DNA from: Eledone cirrhosa | Taxonomy: Eukaryota | DNA: 64,000 nucleotides | Direction: 5' to 3' | NCBI GenBank assembly: GCA_964016885.1 | Contig: OZ024749.1 | Coordinates: forward strand, 47,864,001 to 47,928,000 | Shown here: piece by piece, positions 30,040 to 47,119 of the stretch | Numbering within the stretch: the stretch's first letter is position 1 | Layout of the letters: the number at the start of each line of letters is the position of its first letter | Position numbers and translations under genes: made by a program | Notes under the pieces: model-generated | Databases searched by the model: none | Told to the model about the DNA's origin: nothing | What the model saw: only the letters and a program-made list of their open reading frames with translations

Positions 30040-30460
30040 ACATGTTTAAACAGTTCGTCGGTACCTGACGAACTGTTAGCTTCTGCAAATATCACCAAGA
30101 TATGAATACATTTGTGTGTCCATGACCCGCATGTATCATCTCTGATTTTATTTAAGAATATGATGGTGCTCGGAGAAAATCGGTTTCCAGGTCAGAGTCT
30201 GACATAGGCCATGCGACATAAAGATCTGTCGGCAAATACTATTTCCGAAGGAAATGTCCCAAAGCCTTCAAGGCAACAGTTGTTGTTTGAAAAATAATTG
30301 CCAGCTGGGCATTTTTGAAAAGGAACAGAACTATTTTTCTTACAGCTTACCTGCGAGAAACGAGGCGGAGTAAATGCAATATTTACGTCTTAAGTTTCCA
30401 CAGGTCTTAGGTTTCCGAATGTCATAATTTTGATGCCACAATGGCCCTTTCAATTTAAGA
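30040..30460 (-). pseudogene. Highly decayed RTE-like LINE ORF2 C-terminal relic
   Basis: Minus-strand remnants (L*H)SET* and CL.RLWDISFGNSI resemble LYGSETW and CLRRILxISWxDxI; multiple stops and frameshifts. Confidence 0.35.
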
Positions 30461-31320
30461 AGCTGAAAGAGAGTGTTTGCATATCTTAATAGTTTCCACT
30501 GTTCACTTATTTCCAGAGATTTTTACTGCTGCTATCAGCATTGCTTCCACAGTTAATCACTTGTTAATGTACTTGTTGGTGTAAATATTGAGAATGTAAA
30601 AAAAATGTGTCGAGGTTTTATGGCTTATAAAACATGGTGGAGTAATGGATTTTATACCCTTATAGTTTACAATGGAATTTATAAATTACAATATATATGT
30701 GTTATTGAGTTTACATGCACCGAGATTGCTTTAAAGTAGATGTTTTACAAAGTAGATTGCTTTACAGTAGATTTTCTTGTTTTCTTCTTAGTTAATCCGT
30801 AGTACATTATCAATGTTACGTTAGCGTTTGGCGTGATGCCTTCTTTGTTTAGCTATATATTATTTCATTCCACGCTTGTCCCTCTTTTGAGTAATGGCTA
30901 ATGCATTTGTTGAATTGCATTTGTGCCTATATTTATTCATGTCAATTGAATCTAGAATATATGTTGATAGTTATTCCTTATGTTATTCTCTTTTGTTTCT
31001 TATCATTGAATTCCCTATTGGAAGTCAATACCAACAATATTGTAAGTAGGGATTTTACATCTAAACAATTGAATCTGACAACCTTTTTTGTCGCCAAATA
31101 ATAATATAGACTTTTTTCAGCATTTGATGTTGTATGTGGCACATATTTCTCCCGAAAGCAGCAAGTCGTTGGCTCTCATATCCTGCAAATAGTAAATTAG
31201 TGTTGTAGGGAATGAAACACTATATAATATATACCTTGATATACATATATATTATGTGTGTGTGGGGGGGGGGGGGATGCGGGTGTGCGTATGTGTGTGT
31301 GTCTGTGTGTGTATGTGTGT

Positions 31321-31520
31321 NNNNNNNNNNNNNNNNNNNNNNNNNNNNNNNNNNNNNNNNNNNNNNNNNNNNNNNNNNNNNNNNNNNNNNNNNNNNNNNN
31401 NNNNNNNNNNNNNNNNNNNNNNNNNNNNNNNNNNNNNNNNNNNNNNNNNNNNNNNNNNNNNNNNNNNNNNNNNNNNNNNNNNNNNNNNNNNNNNNNNNNN
31501 NNNNNNNNNNNNNNNNNNNN
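31321..31520. other. Assembly gap (200 N)
   Basis: Run of N beginning inside a (GT)-rich tract. Confidence 1.
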
Positions 31521-31966
31521 TATTGGTGTTGTTGGTGATGACCGATTTCCGTACCAGCTTTAACCAGCCGTGTTTGTCTATCAAGGTTTGCTTTGTCAAA
31601 CAAGCATTCACTTTTTTCATCGGGGTTAATTGCGTATTTACGTGTGTTGTCAATAATGCACATTGCTTAAAGCTCCCTGCATGGAAGACTGTTTTTTTTC
31701 GATTATTATTTTTTTTATTTATTAATATTTTTATAAAGGAGATACGTTATTATGTTGATGTCCACATCTCTCTTTTTGACAACCAATGATGTTAGTATGC
31801 ACTAACGTTGGAATATGGCTGCAAGTAGGTAGAAGCTCACATCTTGAATAGAAATCGGATTTGGCTTATAGAAAAAAATATAGATATATGTCTATATTTC
31901 CTCCTACATAACCTTCTCACTTTACTCAACTTCTTATCTGTTCATCCCCTCAAATTCTTCCAAACA

Positions 31967-32076
<110 letters not shown>

Positions 32077-33152
32077 TTTATATATATATAATATAATATA
32101 TATATATATATATATATAATGTAAGTTTGCATATATATATATATCTTGTTTAATGTAGAAATTGCTTCTACAGGGATACAACTCGTTCATTCAAATGAAA
32201 TCGCCAGAAAAGGCTGATGATCTCTTTTGAATGAAACATTTCTAGACCTGTAAGAATATTTGTTACTGTTCGATAACATATAGATATGAATATACACAGA
32301 ACACGTAAATATAATAGTGTTTTTCCCTACAAAACCTGACGCCGTTGCGATGAGGTAATTGCACAAAATATATTACATTAATGATACATACCTGATTAAA
32401 CTATGTCCCTAACCGAATTCTAATATTAGGAATTATATAGATTTAATGTGTTGAACATTTTACGAATATAATAATCCTTATTTTTTATTATCATTTTTTT
32501 ACATTTAACATACTAATTTAAATGATTACCTTCATATGCCAAAGGCGTGCATAACTATATTTTACACACCGAATTCCCTCCCTATCGGAATTATATTCTT
32601 TCCATGGCGCCAGTGGTTGCGTATGTATGTGCGAGCGTGATTTTTTTATTTTTGTTTTAAGCATACACCTCTGTGCTTGAATTTGAGAATGTGCATGTGT
32701 GTGCACATGTGCGTGTCTTTGTGTGAATATGTTTAGATAAGTGTGTGTGTTTGTGTGTATGTCTCTCTCTTTCTCTCTTATCTCTATTTATCTCTCCATT
32801 TCTCTATCTCTATCACTCTATCTCTCTCTCTCACATTCACTATGTCTCTCTCTCACTCACTCTCTCTCCCTCTCTCTGCTGTATTCCAGAGTTAACAATT
32901 TGATGTTTGTAGGATATGAGAAGAAATGGTGGATTATATTTAGAAGCGAATCCTATATTCCGAGATTAAACGAAAAGAAATAATTCGTATATGCATTTCG
33001 AGAGCGTATCCAATTCCTTTACCATAATAATGAAAAAAACTCCCAAAGATTCTTATATTAAAGCCCTTCGAGACATTGTTTTTCTCTTCTAATGGGCTAA
33101 TTAGGAAATTAAGGGAATTAATAATTAGAAAAATGATGTAGAAAATATAATT

Positions 33153-33267
33153 GTTTCTACTTAACGCACAAGGCAAGGAAATACCCAGTGCATTACTGGT
33201 ACTTTATTTTATCGACCCCGTAAGGATGAAAGGCAAAGTCAACCTCGGCGGGATTTGAACTCAGATC
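33153..33267 (-). mobile_element. 5'-truncated SINE with perfect 18-19-bp target-site duplication
   Basis: Central block of the 17077 family on the minus strand; GATGTAGAAAATATAATT(G) at 33135-33153 and 33268-33286. Confidence 0.88.
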
Positions 33268-34125
33268 GATGTAGAAAATATAATTGGAGTTCTTAAGACA
33301 GTTAATTTTCAATAACTTGTAACTTTACCGGTTTCATAATTTTCATGACATTCAAAAGTAAAACGAGATTGAAAATGAGGGCCTTTGCTAAGTTGTAAAT
33401 TGAATCTGCGAATTATAAACCGGAAATTTCTTAAAGATTCTAATTGGATGTTCAACTTATTTTTGTAATATATATATATATACACATACACTTTGCAATA
33501 TAAACTGAATGACGTTAATGTATGCTCACACATGCACACACCAATGCATACATGTGGCATATGCATATCTGTTAGTATGTGTAAGTCTTCATATATATAT
33601 ATTAATATATATATGTATGTAGTTACGCCTTTGGATGAATATAAACATATGTATAAGACTAATACGAGCTTTCAGGTGTCTAAACTTACCTGTGATATAT
33701 TACACTTAAATTGCTTGTATAATACAAGCCTAATATATTCCGTGTCGCCTCTCGGTTCAGCAAAAATATCGTTCAGTGTATAGGAACTTAGCATCGCTTT
33801 GACTAACTAAATATCGTTCCAGTGAAAATGTACAGCTTCTCTTGAGAACATAATTAAAGTGAGATTCTCCATCCAGTACATTTATTGACAAGCTCCCGTT
33901 GTAGTTATTGGCGTGTTTGCGGGCGTCATCATAAATCTTTCTCTTAGCAGCCACAAGAATTTGATGAATGTTGGCCACCAAATACAATACAACATATCAA
34001 TATAGATGGCAATAAGCCAGGTGTGAAATTACCTTTCATGATCAAGCCTGTATGATAACCATCAAAGTTATCATCACATTCACCATAACAATTCGACATT
34101 ACTTCTTTCGTTTTTCTCTTTCCCT

Positions 34126-35138
<1,013 letters not shown>

Positions 35139-37189
35139 CTCAGCCGGATGTCTGAAACAGGTAAAAGAGTAATATGTACATATATATATATGTGTGTGTG
35201 TGCGTGTGCGTGGTGCGCGTGTGTATGTGTGCGTGTGCGTGTGTGTGTGTGTTGTCGTTGCTGTTCTCATTATTTCATCTTTTTGGTGACTGGTCTTGAC
35301 GTTTACCTTCTCGTGACTTTGAAATAAATATGTTAATTCTCCGAATTTGACATTTTTTTTTTTCATCCTATTGTGACGTATTTCTGTGAAACACTTACAT
35401 GACGAGATAAGGGAGTATTTCAGTGGTAATATACGTTCCATGAAATTATTTTCCTTCCAAACATGTTCAAATTAATATTTTTTTAATATGGCATCTACTT
35501 ATAAAACTAGTATCACCGTCAATGCCATACTATGTATTTAGGAAGCAAAGCCATACTGAAAACTGATGAGTTTTGCGTTTTAAAAAGTAGGTATATCAAT
35601 GTAACACACATAATGCTGAGTAATTGACCTGAATAATCTTGAAGTTCATTCATAAATCTATAAACGTGTTCTTTTCCAATGTGTTCACTTACAGAACATA
35701 AAAGAGTAAAAATAATTTACATAAAATAATATGATATCGTTGCTAAACTTGAACTTATAATTTTACAAAAATCATATACGTACATATTTATCTAGAATTG
35801 TTCAAACAACTGCAAAAATATGAAGCAGATGAACCTTATTTAACGGGGTTTGGAGCATTCAAGCTATACATTCGTTTTGTAACATAACATTTTTCTGGGT
35901 TTTTATGTTCAGAAGAAACCTACGTCGCAATAGCCGAAACATCAACTGTCCTACCTTCGACTTTTAGTCACAAATTACGAAATAATTCGTTAGGATCCTT
36001 TATTCTGAAACGTTCTACTACATGAACCTCCATGATATGCGAGATTGCATGTCTATTAAAATTATAAAAAAAGCTCTCCTTTCAATATTGCAATGTTTTG
36101 GCGTAGCAGATCGCCAATATCCATTTTAATTACGTTGCACAATATATCATACGTGTGGGATTTCCTTCACTAGTTGTCTCCTTTTTAAAACTGATTTAGA
36201 AATGATCGAAAAAGAAAATTAATATATTCTAGTTATTATTCCATAAAAAAATGATATCTATATTTTTTTTCTTTTTCGAAGTATTGTGGAATACGAGGGG
36301 ATCATTAATTATCATGTATATTTTGTGTCGGATTAAATATGTTTCTGATATCCAATAAGCGTGAAATTGGTACATGTGGCGTTTTCCCTTATATTATGTT
36401 TATATTATGAAATCGTTTATCCGCATGGGTGGTCACTTTAGTTCTATCTATCGTTGCATTATTATTGTCTATATAGGGAAATATATTTTGATTTAGATGC
36501 AATTCGGAGAGGTTTAGCGATCATGTATACGTTACGTCTTCAAATCACCAGAATGAATCCTGTTTCTATCTCAGTGTTGAGGATGATGAACAACTATGAT
36601 ATAATCTGGAAGAGAAGGCAAACGAAAAAAAAACACACAGACGAGAAAATAAAACTGAAAGAATACAATCTTCATCGAGTAATGCTCAGCATCTATTTCA
36701 AATGTAGTAAACAATACTCTTCAGACATTTTCCAAACTAGAAAATTGACTATTTAAATGAAAGTATGTAGAAATTTAATGATCTACCTGGGAAGGATAGA
36801 TGAGAAGCATTCTAAATTAGGTGCAGCCACTTATCAGAAGAACATATTAATTAGAAGATGTCTGCAAATTGCCCCGTTTCTTTGCTGTTCAGGAAAGGCT
36901 CTGGTTAGATTAAATCCATTCCCCAAGGACCTTCTGAATCTATAGTACTGTTTATTTGAACTACTAGTAGGGGCCTCAAATTTAGATCAAACAATAGAGC
37001 TTATAGATCACGCTATATGTTTCGCGTACTAAGTTACGTTAGCCAATATATAAATCATTTATAAGGCATTACAAGTGTACTAACGTACACTATATAATTC
37101 ACAACATATAATGTACTATCAACGTAGAACACTTTGTGGTCAAGACAGAGCATTGTTTGCAATAGTACGTATACATGGGCGTGCATACT

Positions 37190-37230
<41 letters not shown>

Positions 37231-37725
37231 GTGTGTAGATAACGTTACACGCGGATCGGCGAAACTTCAGTCGGGACTTTGGAGAGAAATGGGTATATTT
37301 CTGTCTATTATTTCCTCATATATTGTAATTTGATATATGTATGTATACACCTATTCATACATTACACACATAACACACATACACACCTAAACGCACCTTG
37401 TCCTCCAACATTGATTCTCTGGCATCCCGTGACCAGATTATATATCTATTAACATCTGAAGGCCCTCAGTTACGTTGAATTTCTGCTATATACATACTCT
37501 TAGGCTCACTGACACAGATTTTCGTGTTTGATTTCAAACACATGCGTTACACTGTGAATACTATTATTTTGCAATATATACACTTATGGTATATTTCCCT
37601 TGGCATATTAAAAGTTAAAGAGAAGTGTGTGCCCATGTAAGCGTTCGCGAACGTGTATGTATGAGGTCATTATGTTTGAAATGTATTCATATTTAGCTGA
37701 GATCACAATGATCATGAAAGGAGCA

Positions 37726-37812
<87 letters not shown>

Positions 37813-38111
37813 CATTAGGTGTGTATGTATAATCATAAAAGCGAATTGCCTATGCCGACAGCGAGGTTTTGAGCGGATTCTCTAATACATTAGACTCACA
37901 AAACTGTCGTAAACCACACATTTGCCGATGATGACATCGAACCTTCATCTTCCTCTTTTTAAATGTATTCCATTATCAGAAATTGTTTTATTTTCAGTTG
38001 AGGGTTGGACAACTATGATTGTAATTACAATAACAATAATTCTAATGATGAAAATACATATATAAATATGATGAAATAGATATATAAATATGACGATGGT
38101 GATGATGATGC

Positions 38112-38366
<255 letters not shown>

Positions 38367-40471
38367 ATGAAATAAAAATATATTCAATTTCTCAGAGAAA
38401 CAAATCATCGCTAGGCCTTAGAAATTATGATAGAATATATTCAATTGATAAAACTTAGAAAACAAAAATAAACAGAATAACAGGGAAAATACCATCATAA
38501 AAATTTCAGGATGGAATACAACTTTGTAAGATATAAAGCATATAACATTAAAAATAGGACATTAATAAAATAAGCTATTGCTGCACAAGATTTTAATATC
38601 AAGAGAGGAGAATAGCATACATATATCTGATATAAATCACCTAATTTATACGATAGTCTGTATGTAATAACAAATACTTCAATCGATATAATGTGAAGTA
38701 AAAACAAAATAGTAAAGATATACTGTGAAATAAAAACAAAGCACCAAAAACCAGTAACTGTGAGTAAGTGGAAAATATCAAAAGGCATTAAGTGAAGGAT
38801 ATATATAAAAATAAAATTGCACAGTAATAATACGTAAACTGCATAGATATCAATAAAGAACAATTTTTCATAGCAAATACAACACAAGAACAGTAAAATA
38901 TTAATGATGAACAGTATCGTGAATGGGATCCTTGATATTATGCATTTAAAGTATCCATTTGATAGAGAAAGGCGAAACAGGCTACTGCCTGGAGTCGACT
39001 ACGATACTAATTACACCACAGAAATGCTTCTTTTCTAATAGTTTGGTCTGACAGAAATCGATGTTGCCATGGATCAGAAGCTATTTTATTGATACCAGTT
39101 ATATCAAAGCTGTTCATGTTTGACTTGAAGACCTGCAAGCTAATGCCTTTACTGAGAAATATATGGGCAGTGAGCTTTATCACGAAGACGTGGATTTATG
39201 AGGTGGTAGAAATAGACTTATAATATAATTTGTGGTATGTGGTGGGTAAAGAAGAATTGTGTTGAGAAAAAGCGAGTAATGATTTGTGGCGCTTGTTTGC
39301 ATGTTTGGACATGATCCGATAATTCTTAGGAGCTGAATATAGTGCTGGAGCTTACAAACCACACTGGGATCAAACAATACCTATAGCAACTATTGCTGAA
39401 TTTATATTTGTGAGAGATTGATGCCAATAATTCAAGTGAACATTTCAGGTTTGAAACGCAGAGAATATCGACCCGAATGTATAATCAGTATTCCATAGTG
39501 TGTGTCACATCGGCTGTTCATGCAGTTTTAAACTTATGATGTTAATGTAGTGATAATGTATTTGCTTTAATCGGGATATAATATAACTATGAGATCATTT
39601 TAGTGAATCTGGTGCCTAGTATAAACGTTGTTCATGTTTAAGAAGGTGTGAAAGACTGCATATCTTATGATTAGATACTACAATTCGTTCAGACCATTCA
39701 TAATCTTTTGTTTCTTATTGATAATCCTGAGGTCATTTAACAATAATTTTATACCATTCTACTAATGTTCAGGATACCGTTATTTGATTACTGGGTTGGT
39801 ATTTGCGACATGAATAACCAAATGAATAAACTCGCTAATCACATTCTAGGATTTCACTATAAAATAAGTCTCATAGCGGTTGCATTAAAATATTATTTTT
39901 GAAATATTAGCAGTCAATTCCTATACAAGGAAATCCTTTTACATCGGGTGAAATCGAAGCTCTCTAAGAAGAAATTTGCTCCAGAGAAGAAGACGATCCT
40001 TCAAAACTTGTTACATAAACTCAAATATATATGGATATAAAGAGCATCACTAATGCAATACTATATCACTATATTAAAAAATATCCTAGAATATTGACGA
40101 AAGAAAAACCAATGTAAATAAACATTCGAATGAAGAAAAATATTTCAACAATGTATACTATTCAAATTGCAGAGTCACAACACAAACTTAATCCTTGTTG
40201 GTGTGCTTTTAAATTACATGCTGACGAAAGCATAGAATCATTAATTATTCAGTCCTTAGAGCAATTTGACACGTTAAATACTTCTAAGAAGTAGAATTCC
40301 TGAAAATTGAATTTTGAAATGCATCAAATTATATTACAAAATAACACCGATACCTACAAATGCATTCTGGCAGAGCAATTAGAATGGTGTATTCTTACAT
40401 AGTATACGTTTTTTAATGATAGTGATGATGATGATAACGGCAATAATAATAATAATACTAATAATAATAAT

Positions 40472-40683
40472 GGTTTCTTAGATAGGCACAAGGCCAGCAA
40501 TTTGGGGGGAGGGGTAAGTCGATTAAATCGATCCCAGTGCGTGACTGGTACTTTATTTTATCGACCACGTAAGGATGAAAGGCAAAGTTAACCTCGGCGG
40601 GATTTGGACTCAGACTTTAAAGAGCCGTAACTCTATGCTGCAAAGTATGCCTGACGTTCTACCGATACTGCCAAAACCACCGT
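40472..40683 (-). mobile_element. Full-length SINE, same family, inserted in (AAT)n
   Basis: Reverse complement of head, GCCTTTCATCCTTACGTGGTCGATAAAATAAAGTACCAG block and tail; (AAT)n on both sides. Confidence 0.85.
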
Positions 40684-40686
40684 AAC

Positions 40687-40723
<37 letters not shown>

Positions 40724-40753
<30 letters not shown>

Positions 40754-40903
40754 AAGAAGAAGAAGAAGAAGAAGAAGAAGAAGAAGAAGAAGAAGAAGAA
40801 GAAGAAGAAGAAGAAGAAGAAGAAGAAGAAGAAGAAGAAGAAGAAGAAGAAGAAGAAGAAGAAGAAGAAGAAGAAGAAGAAGAAGAAGAAGAAGAAGAAG
40901 AAG
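40724..40903. repeat. (GAA)n microsatellite
   Basis: Seen directly. Confidence 0.95.
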
Positions 40904-41499
40904 ACAACATGAAAACAATAAGCAAACATGCAACTGTAATGAGAGAAATAATAAATCGATGTGTCACATTAAATATAATTATCACAAAAAACAGTTAAAC
41001 TGAAAAGGAAAGTACTGTTCCAAATAAAACTCATAGACAATGTGTGATATATACTTTTAAATGTATTAACAATTATATTCGTGTACTTTTAGAGACGTGT
41101 AAGCAATCAATACTGAAATCAAAGCAGTGATAGTACTGTGCTGCGGCTATACACTTTCATCTCAAAATTAGAGCAGAAGGTTAGCGTGTTAACTCCGCTG
41201 ATTTACACTATTTACTGCTGCTAAAATTTAAATACCTACTTGGTTGAACTGCTGAATGAGAATAGTACTTAAAGCTACCTAATTGTTTCTTAGTACATTG
41301 ATTGCTGTATGAGCCACAAAATCCTAATGGAGTCCTATATGAACTGTGTCGTGAGAATTTTAACCCAGCTTAAGTCAATTGTTCCCCAGTTTTAAGCTGA
41401 GAAGATTTTTGCTATTCTTCATAATTTTAGCTATTGGAGAACTCAGGCACCGAATGATTCGTAGGCATCACTAGATTATGTACACAAAATGTTGAATAT

Positions 41500-41958
41500 T
41501 TTCTCTCCACTTCGCAAATAAGCACCACTTTCCAGGCAGATTCCATGATATGCGCGGCCGTATTGGAAGATGTAGTGAAGACGGGTGGTGTTAGGATCAG
41601 TCAAAAGAATCAGACAGATTTTATAGGCAAAGTCAACCGACAGGAGACTTGAAGGTAATCCAGTAGTAAAATGGAAGGACAATATCCATGTGCTCGTTGG
41701 GGATCTAGCAGAATCAATAGTACAATTTTGCTTTCGATAGGACCCTGTGGGAGGCGTATCAGACGATTATAACCCCAGAACCCTCCAATGAAGAGGAAGA
41801 AGAAGAAGAAGAAGAAGAAGAAGAAGAAGAAGAAGAAGAAGAAGAAGAAGAAGAAGAAGAAGAAGAAGAAGAAGGAAGAAAAGAAGAAGAAGAAGAAGAA
41901 GAAGAAGAAGAAGAAGAAAAGAAGAAGAAGAAGAAGAAGAAGAAGAAGAAGAAGAAGA
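41500..41958 (+). mobile_element. Decayed RTE-like LINE 3' end with (GAA)n tail
   Basis: Remnant peptides GRIGRCSEDGW and KWKDNI (compare WxGHxxRM..R and RWxDxI), then a short UTR and (GAA)n from 41790. Confidence 0.45.
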
Positions 41959-43641
41959 TTGGATTTTATGTTTAGGCAGGATTTACCTTTTTTTTTCTTT
42001 CATATAAACTGTAAGCATATGACAATATTCGATAATTCAGTGTCCATATAGAGATGAAATTGTGAGTTTTGCAGGAAAATCTAACACCCGATAGCATTTA
42101 GAAGTCAATAGTTTCAAGCCAATCTAGTGAGAGTCTGTCAAAACCACTTATCGATCCCACGATATAACATGCAATGTTTAAGCGCGATCGATTTAACATA
42201 TAGTGTAATGAATGCAGTATTTCTGGATTTAATAGGATAACATTGCATATTGCTATTTACACTCGCCTCTTATCATTATGTGTATATATGAAAACTTCCC
42301 TTTTTTTTCGTAACAGTAACGCATAAATGTGTTAGGAATCCGTTATTCGTGTTTGTGAAACAAGAAGGAATATTTAAAAGACTGTACATGGCGCTAGCAC
42401 AATTTGAAAAGAAATAATTTGTGACATGTGCTAGTCTATCAAGATTATATGTGCTCTGCCTCCATATCCTCAATAATATAAAGTAGTTGATAATGAATAG
42501 GCATTCTTCATAAAAATATGCCTGTAGACCATTCTATATTTTCTTTAATCAATATTTAGTTTTCTTCATCATATTTTTTTTCTCTTAAATATTATATTGT
42601 TTTTTTATTATTTTCATTTTGACACAGCAGCATATTTCGAACTGCCATCTTGTCGACGCATCTTTGTTACCTCTTATCTTTCTTAAGAAATAGCAAACTT
42701 TGTTCAGTTGTCACTCAGTCGAAGAGATCTATTCATTGATGCACCTACAGTCAATAGAGGAGTGATGACAAATTTTGTCTTATCATTTTGATTTCGTTAC
42801 AAGTTTAGAAATAATCTAATTAAAATTGTTCGATTCCACCGTATACCTACTACATATATAATTTGATAAGCTTAAATGTGCGTGTATCTATATCTGTGTG
42901 CAAGTATATATGTGAGCATATAGGTGAATATCTGTATATATGTATGCCTGGATATGTATGTGTGCTTGTTTTGCAAGAGGATTAAAGGATTAAATTTTCT
43001 TGATAAATGAAGCCCCGAAGAGAAACATAGATACGCTTCAGCTTCTCTTGATACATTGGTCTACACTTCATCTCTTACACGCTTAATACTGCATCCGCCA
43101 AGTAATATTATTATCTCCACCGGTAACTTCCATTTTTAATTCTACACCCCTCCCTTTTTCCTCTGTCTTATTCTTAGTATTATTTTTCCTTCCTGGTTAT
43201 TCTGTCTTCATCAACTACTTTACCTTATCCACTTTATACACTTTCGTGTTCTATTTTCCCATGTACTTCTTCTTCTCACCCCTTTCATAGAAACTTTCTA
43301 ACTTCTATTCCAGTCTCGTTTTTTTTATCTTTGTTTCTTTTCACTATTTCTCTAATGTTGTTTTTGCTTGTTGATTTAACGTATTGTTGACGTCGTTGAT
43401 GATAGTGTTGTTTTACATTATTTTTAATTTAAGATTTGTTTGTTTAAATACAGTGGGTATATATTAAGCGCTGAAATTCTATCACCAAGAATAATAGGTG
43501 CACTTCTAGAGATTCCAATATATTTACGTATGTTTTGTTATCTTACTGAAACAAATTTCTTTAAAAATTTTGAAATAGATTAAGCTACCACACAAATACA
43601 AACACAATCTATCAGCAACATAATATCGCCCTAAATGATGT

Positions 43642-43693
<52 letters not shown>

Positions 43694-43756
43694 TATATGT
43701 GTCGGTGTATGTTGTGAATGTATATATGTGTGTGTATGTGTGTGTAATCATAGATG

Positions 43757-43798
<42 letters not shown>

Positions 43799-43863
43799 AA
43801 TAGAAACATACTCACACAGAATCACACGCACACACGTATACATATGTGTGCGTGGTTGTGCGC

Positions 43864-43939
<76 letters not shown>

Positions 43940-45245
43940 GTGTGTTGCATGTGTTGTCAAAAATATTGAACTTTTATTTATTTTCCACAGTATTTTAATT
44001 GCCGTACTATGATTGGTTAAATCTTCATACATCTTCTTTCACTAAACGCGTCATGAATTTTCTATTCGAACAGTAATCCGAAACTGAGACTATGATATAA
44101 TTTCAAGCAATCGATATTAAACTTTTTTTATAAACATTAATATTGCCAGTCGACAATACCACACGGAAATATATTACATGAAGGAATACAACTTACTATA
44201 TTGAACTACCAAATATAGCTGGTTGTTAAATTGATTATTGTATAATTTGAATGTCGAATGGACATGTAGAAAAGTATATACGTAAATGAAATAAATACCT
44301 GTTGATCAACCTGTGTCAAATATGAAATTCATAGGATTGCTTTGGTGGAAAGCTATATAAACGATAAGGTGTAGACAAATGTTTGCATTTTTGGAAGTTG
44401 CAGTGAGTTCATCCTGAATCAAGTTTATTGATGTAGCCATCCCCAGGATACGAAAACCACAGACAGAACGTCAGAATATGTAGACCCCATGAGCTTCCCA
44501 GACGACAACAATTCATTTTCTACAATATATCATCGAATGCACGAACAAGAATTCATTTCAAGGAAAATAAAAGTACGTGATATTATCTGAAATATCAGTA
44601 TATAGTATAGTGCTATATCTCCTATTCTGTAGTCCGATGCCAGCACCAGATATTTTAATGACCCTCCAACTTGAGCAACGCTACACTATAATAAATTACA
44701 TCTTTCCAGTTGAAGCTTAAACTACTCATATCTTTAATAATATTTCCAGCCTCCATTACAATAGTGACAATGGAAAGCACCATGCATTCGTCAGAATATC
44801 CCCACACTTCACTGCGATATCTGGTCCAACTCATTGCAATACGTCCTCTTTATATGTTACATAATTCCTATCATCCCAATAACTTTTTTTTTCAACATTT
44901 TATACACTCAAGCATTTTCCAGACCCTATACGTATAGGTCTGTACATTTCCTAAAATTATTATTTGCAAAATCTAGATATAACTTGGGTTCAGCTTGGTG
45001 AATACTTCATCCGATCATATGTGAGAGTTCATACAGTTATTGTAATTCGTCAAACAACTATCTATGTCTGGAATTTCACAGTTGCACAGTCGTAATCATA
45101 GATGAATACACGTCATTTATTGAAGAAAGAATTTATTTGCCTACAGCTATTACTGACAATCAAGAATTCTAATTCACCTCCGTCTCGACCTCAGAAACCA
45201 TATATATTTCTACAATATTTTCAACATCAGGGACATAGATTCTCT

Positions 45246-45353
<108 letters not shown>

Positions 45354-45791
45354 GCCGCACAATCACTTCCTATATCTCACTCTCTCTCAACCTCACAATC
45401 CCTCCGCCTCTCTGACTATGTCTCGCTCACTATCTCTCCCTATCTCCCTTTATATATTGTAAGTTTTATAAGTAAGCCAAATGTATATCAATACGTCATC
45501 TTAATGATTTGACAGATATAGATAATCTTCATATACGCACATATACATATATATATACTGATTATTGATTTTATGCCGGAAAGCTGATCAATGTAAGTAT
45601 TGTGCAAAATTTCATGAAGTTATCTCCTTCACTACTAGAACATAAAATTAATATTTCTCAAGATAATTTACATAGTTACACAATACACTAGCTGATTCTA
45701 ATTTTCAGACAACATACATATACAATGAAAACAGAAGCTACACAATAGAATTAACACATATACACATGCAAAATGCAAACCCCTATATATA

Positions 45792-45851
<60 letters not shown>

Positions 45852-45876
45852 TGTAATAAACAACATAAGGCAATTA

Positions 45877-45936
45877 TTCCATTTGCCAGTGGTTTCTTAA
45901 AAGCAAAAGACTTTGCTTTCAATCCTCAGAATGAAA
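45877..45936 (-). ncRNA. Hammerhead fold with U16.1 to C change (probably inactive)
   Basis: Minus strand: TTTCATT-CTGAGGA-TTGAAAGCAAA..TTTGCTTTTAA-GAAA-CCACTGG-CA-AATGGAA. Confidence 0.65.
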
Positions 45937-46040
45937 AATTCCTGGTCTGTTTATTGATTTGGATTTTTAAAACAAAAATTCAATCTATTTTGTTTTGTTT
46001 TTGTTTTTAAAATCCAAATTCAATAAACAGACCACCATTT

Positions 46041-46100
46041 TTTCATTCTGAGGATTGAAAGCAAAATATTTTGCTTTTAAGAAAACACTGGTAAATGGAA
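46041..46100 (+). ncRNA. Type I hammerhead ribozyme
   Basis: TTTCATT-CTGAGGA-TTGAAAGCAAAATATTTTGCTTTTAA-GAAA-ACACTGG-TA-AATGGAA. 7-bp stem I, ~11-bp stem II, GUA site after 46093; one mismatch in stem III. Confidence 0.78.
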
Positions 46101-46193
46101 TAATTGCCTTATGTTGTTTATTACATAACTATTAAGCTCTGTTACATACATAGAGCACTCTTTTTTCCTGGACTTTTCCGACGGAATTTCTTC

Positions 46194-46228
<35 letters not shown>

Positions 46229-46229
46229 A

Positions 46230-46928
<699 letters not shown>

Positions 46929-47083
46929 ATATGGTAGATGGCTGTTTGAAAACGTGCTCCATACCGAAGTAGAGATGAAATGTTCATGTTTATAATGTTA
47001 AAAACTGAAAATTGTTGTTCTGGATTTTCGTGTTAGCGAACCACCAGAGTAAGAAGACACACTATTTATCCTTAATATAGTGA

Positions 47084-47119
<36 letters not shown>

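Larger units (their letters stand above)
45845..46200. mobile_element. Fold-back element, family D, with HHR folds on both strands
   Basis: Inverted arms ~45845-45980 and ~45998-46132; unique tail to ~46195; flanked by (TA)n. Confidence 0.8.

Noticed and set aside
30049-30077. 13-bp hairpin AACAGTTCGTCGG/CTGACGAACTGTT
   Set aside because: Contains CTGACGA but no GAAA/stem III; single copy, no terminator context in an animal genome.
32210-32250. CTGATGA...GAAACATTTCTA
   Set aside because: Stems I and III do not pair; likely chance.
37240-37335. GAAACTTCAGTCGGG after (TA)n
   Set aside because: Only a possible 3' half of an HHR; nothing upstream supports it.
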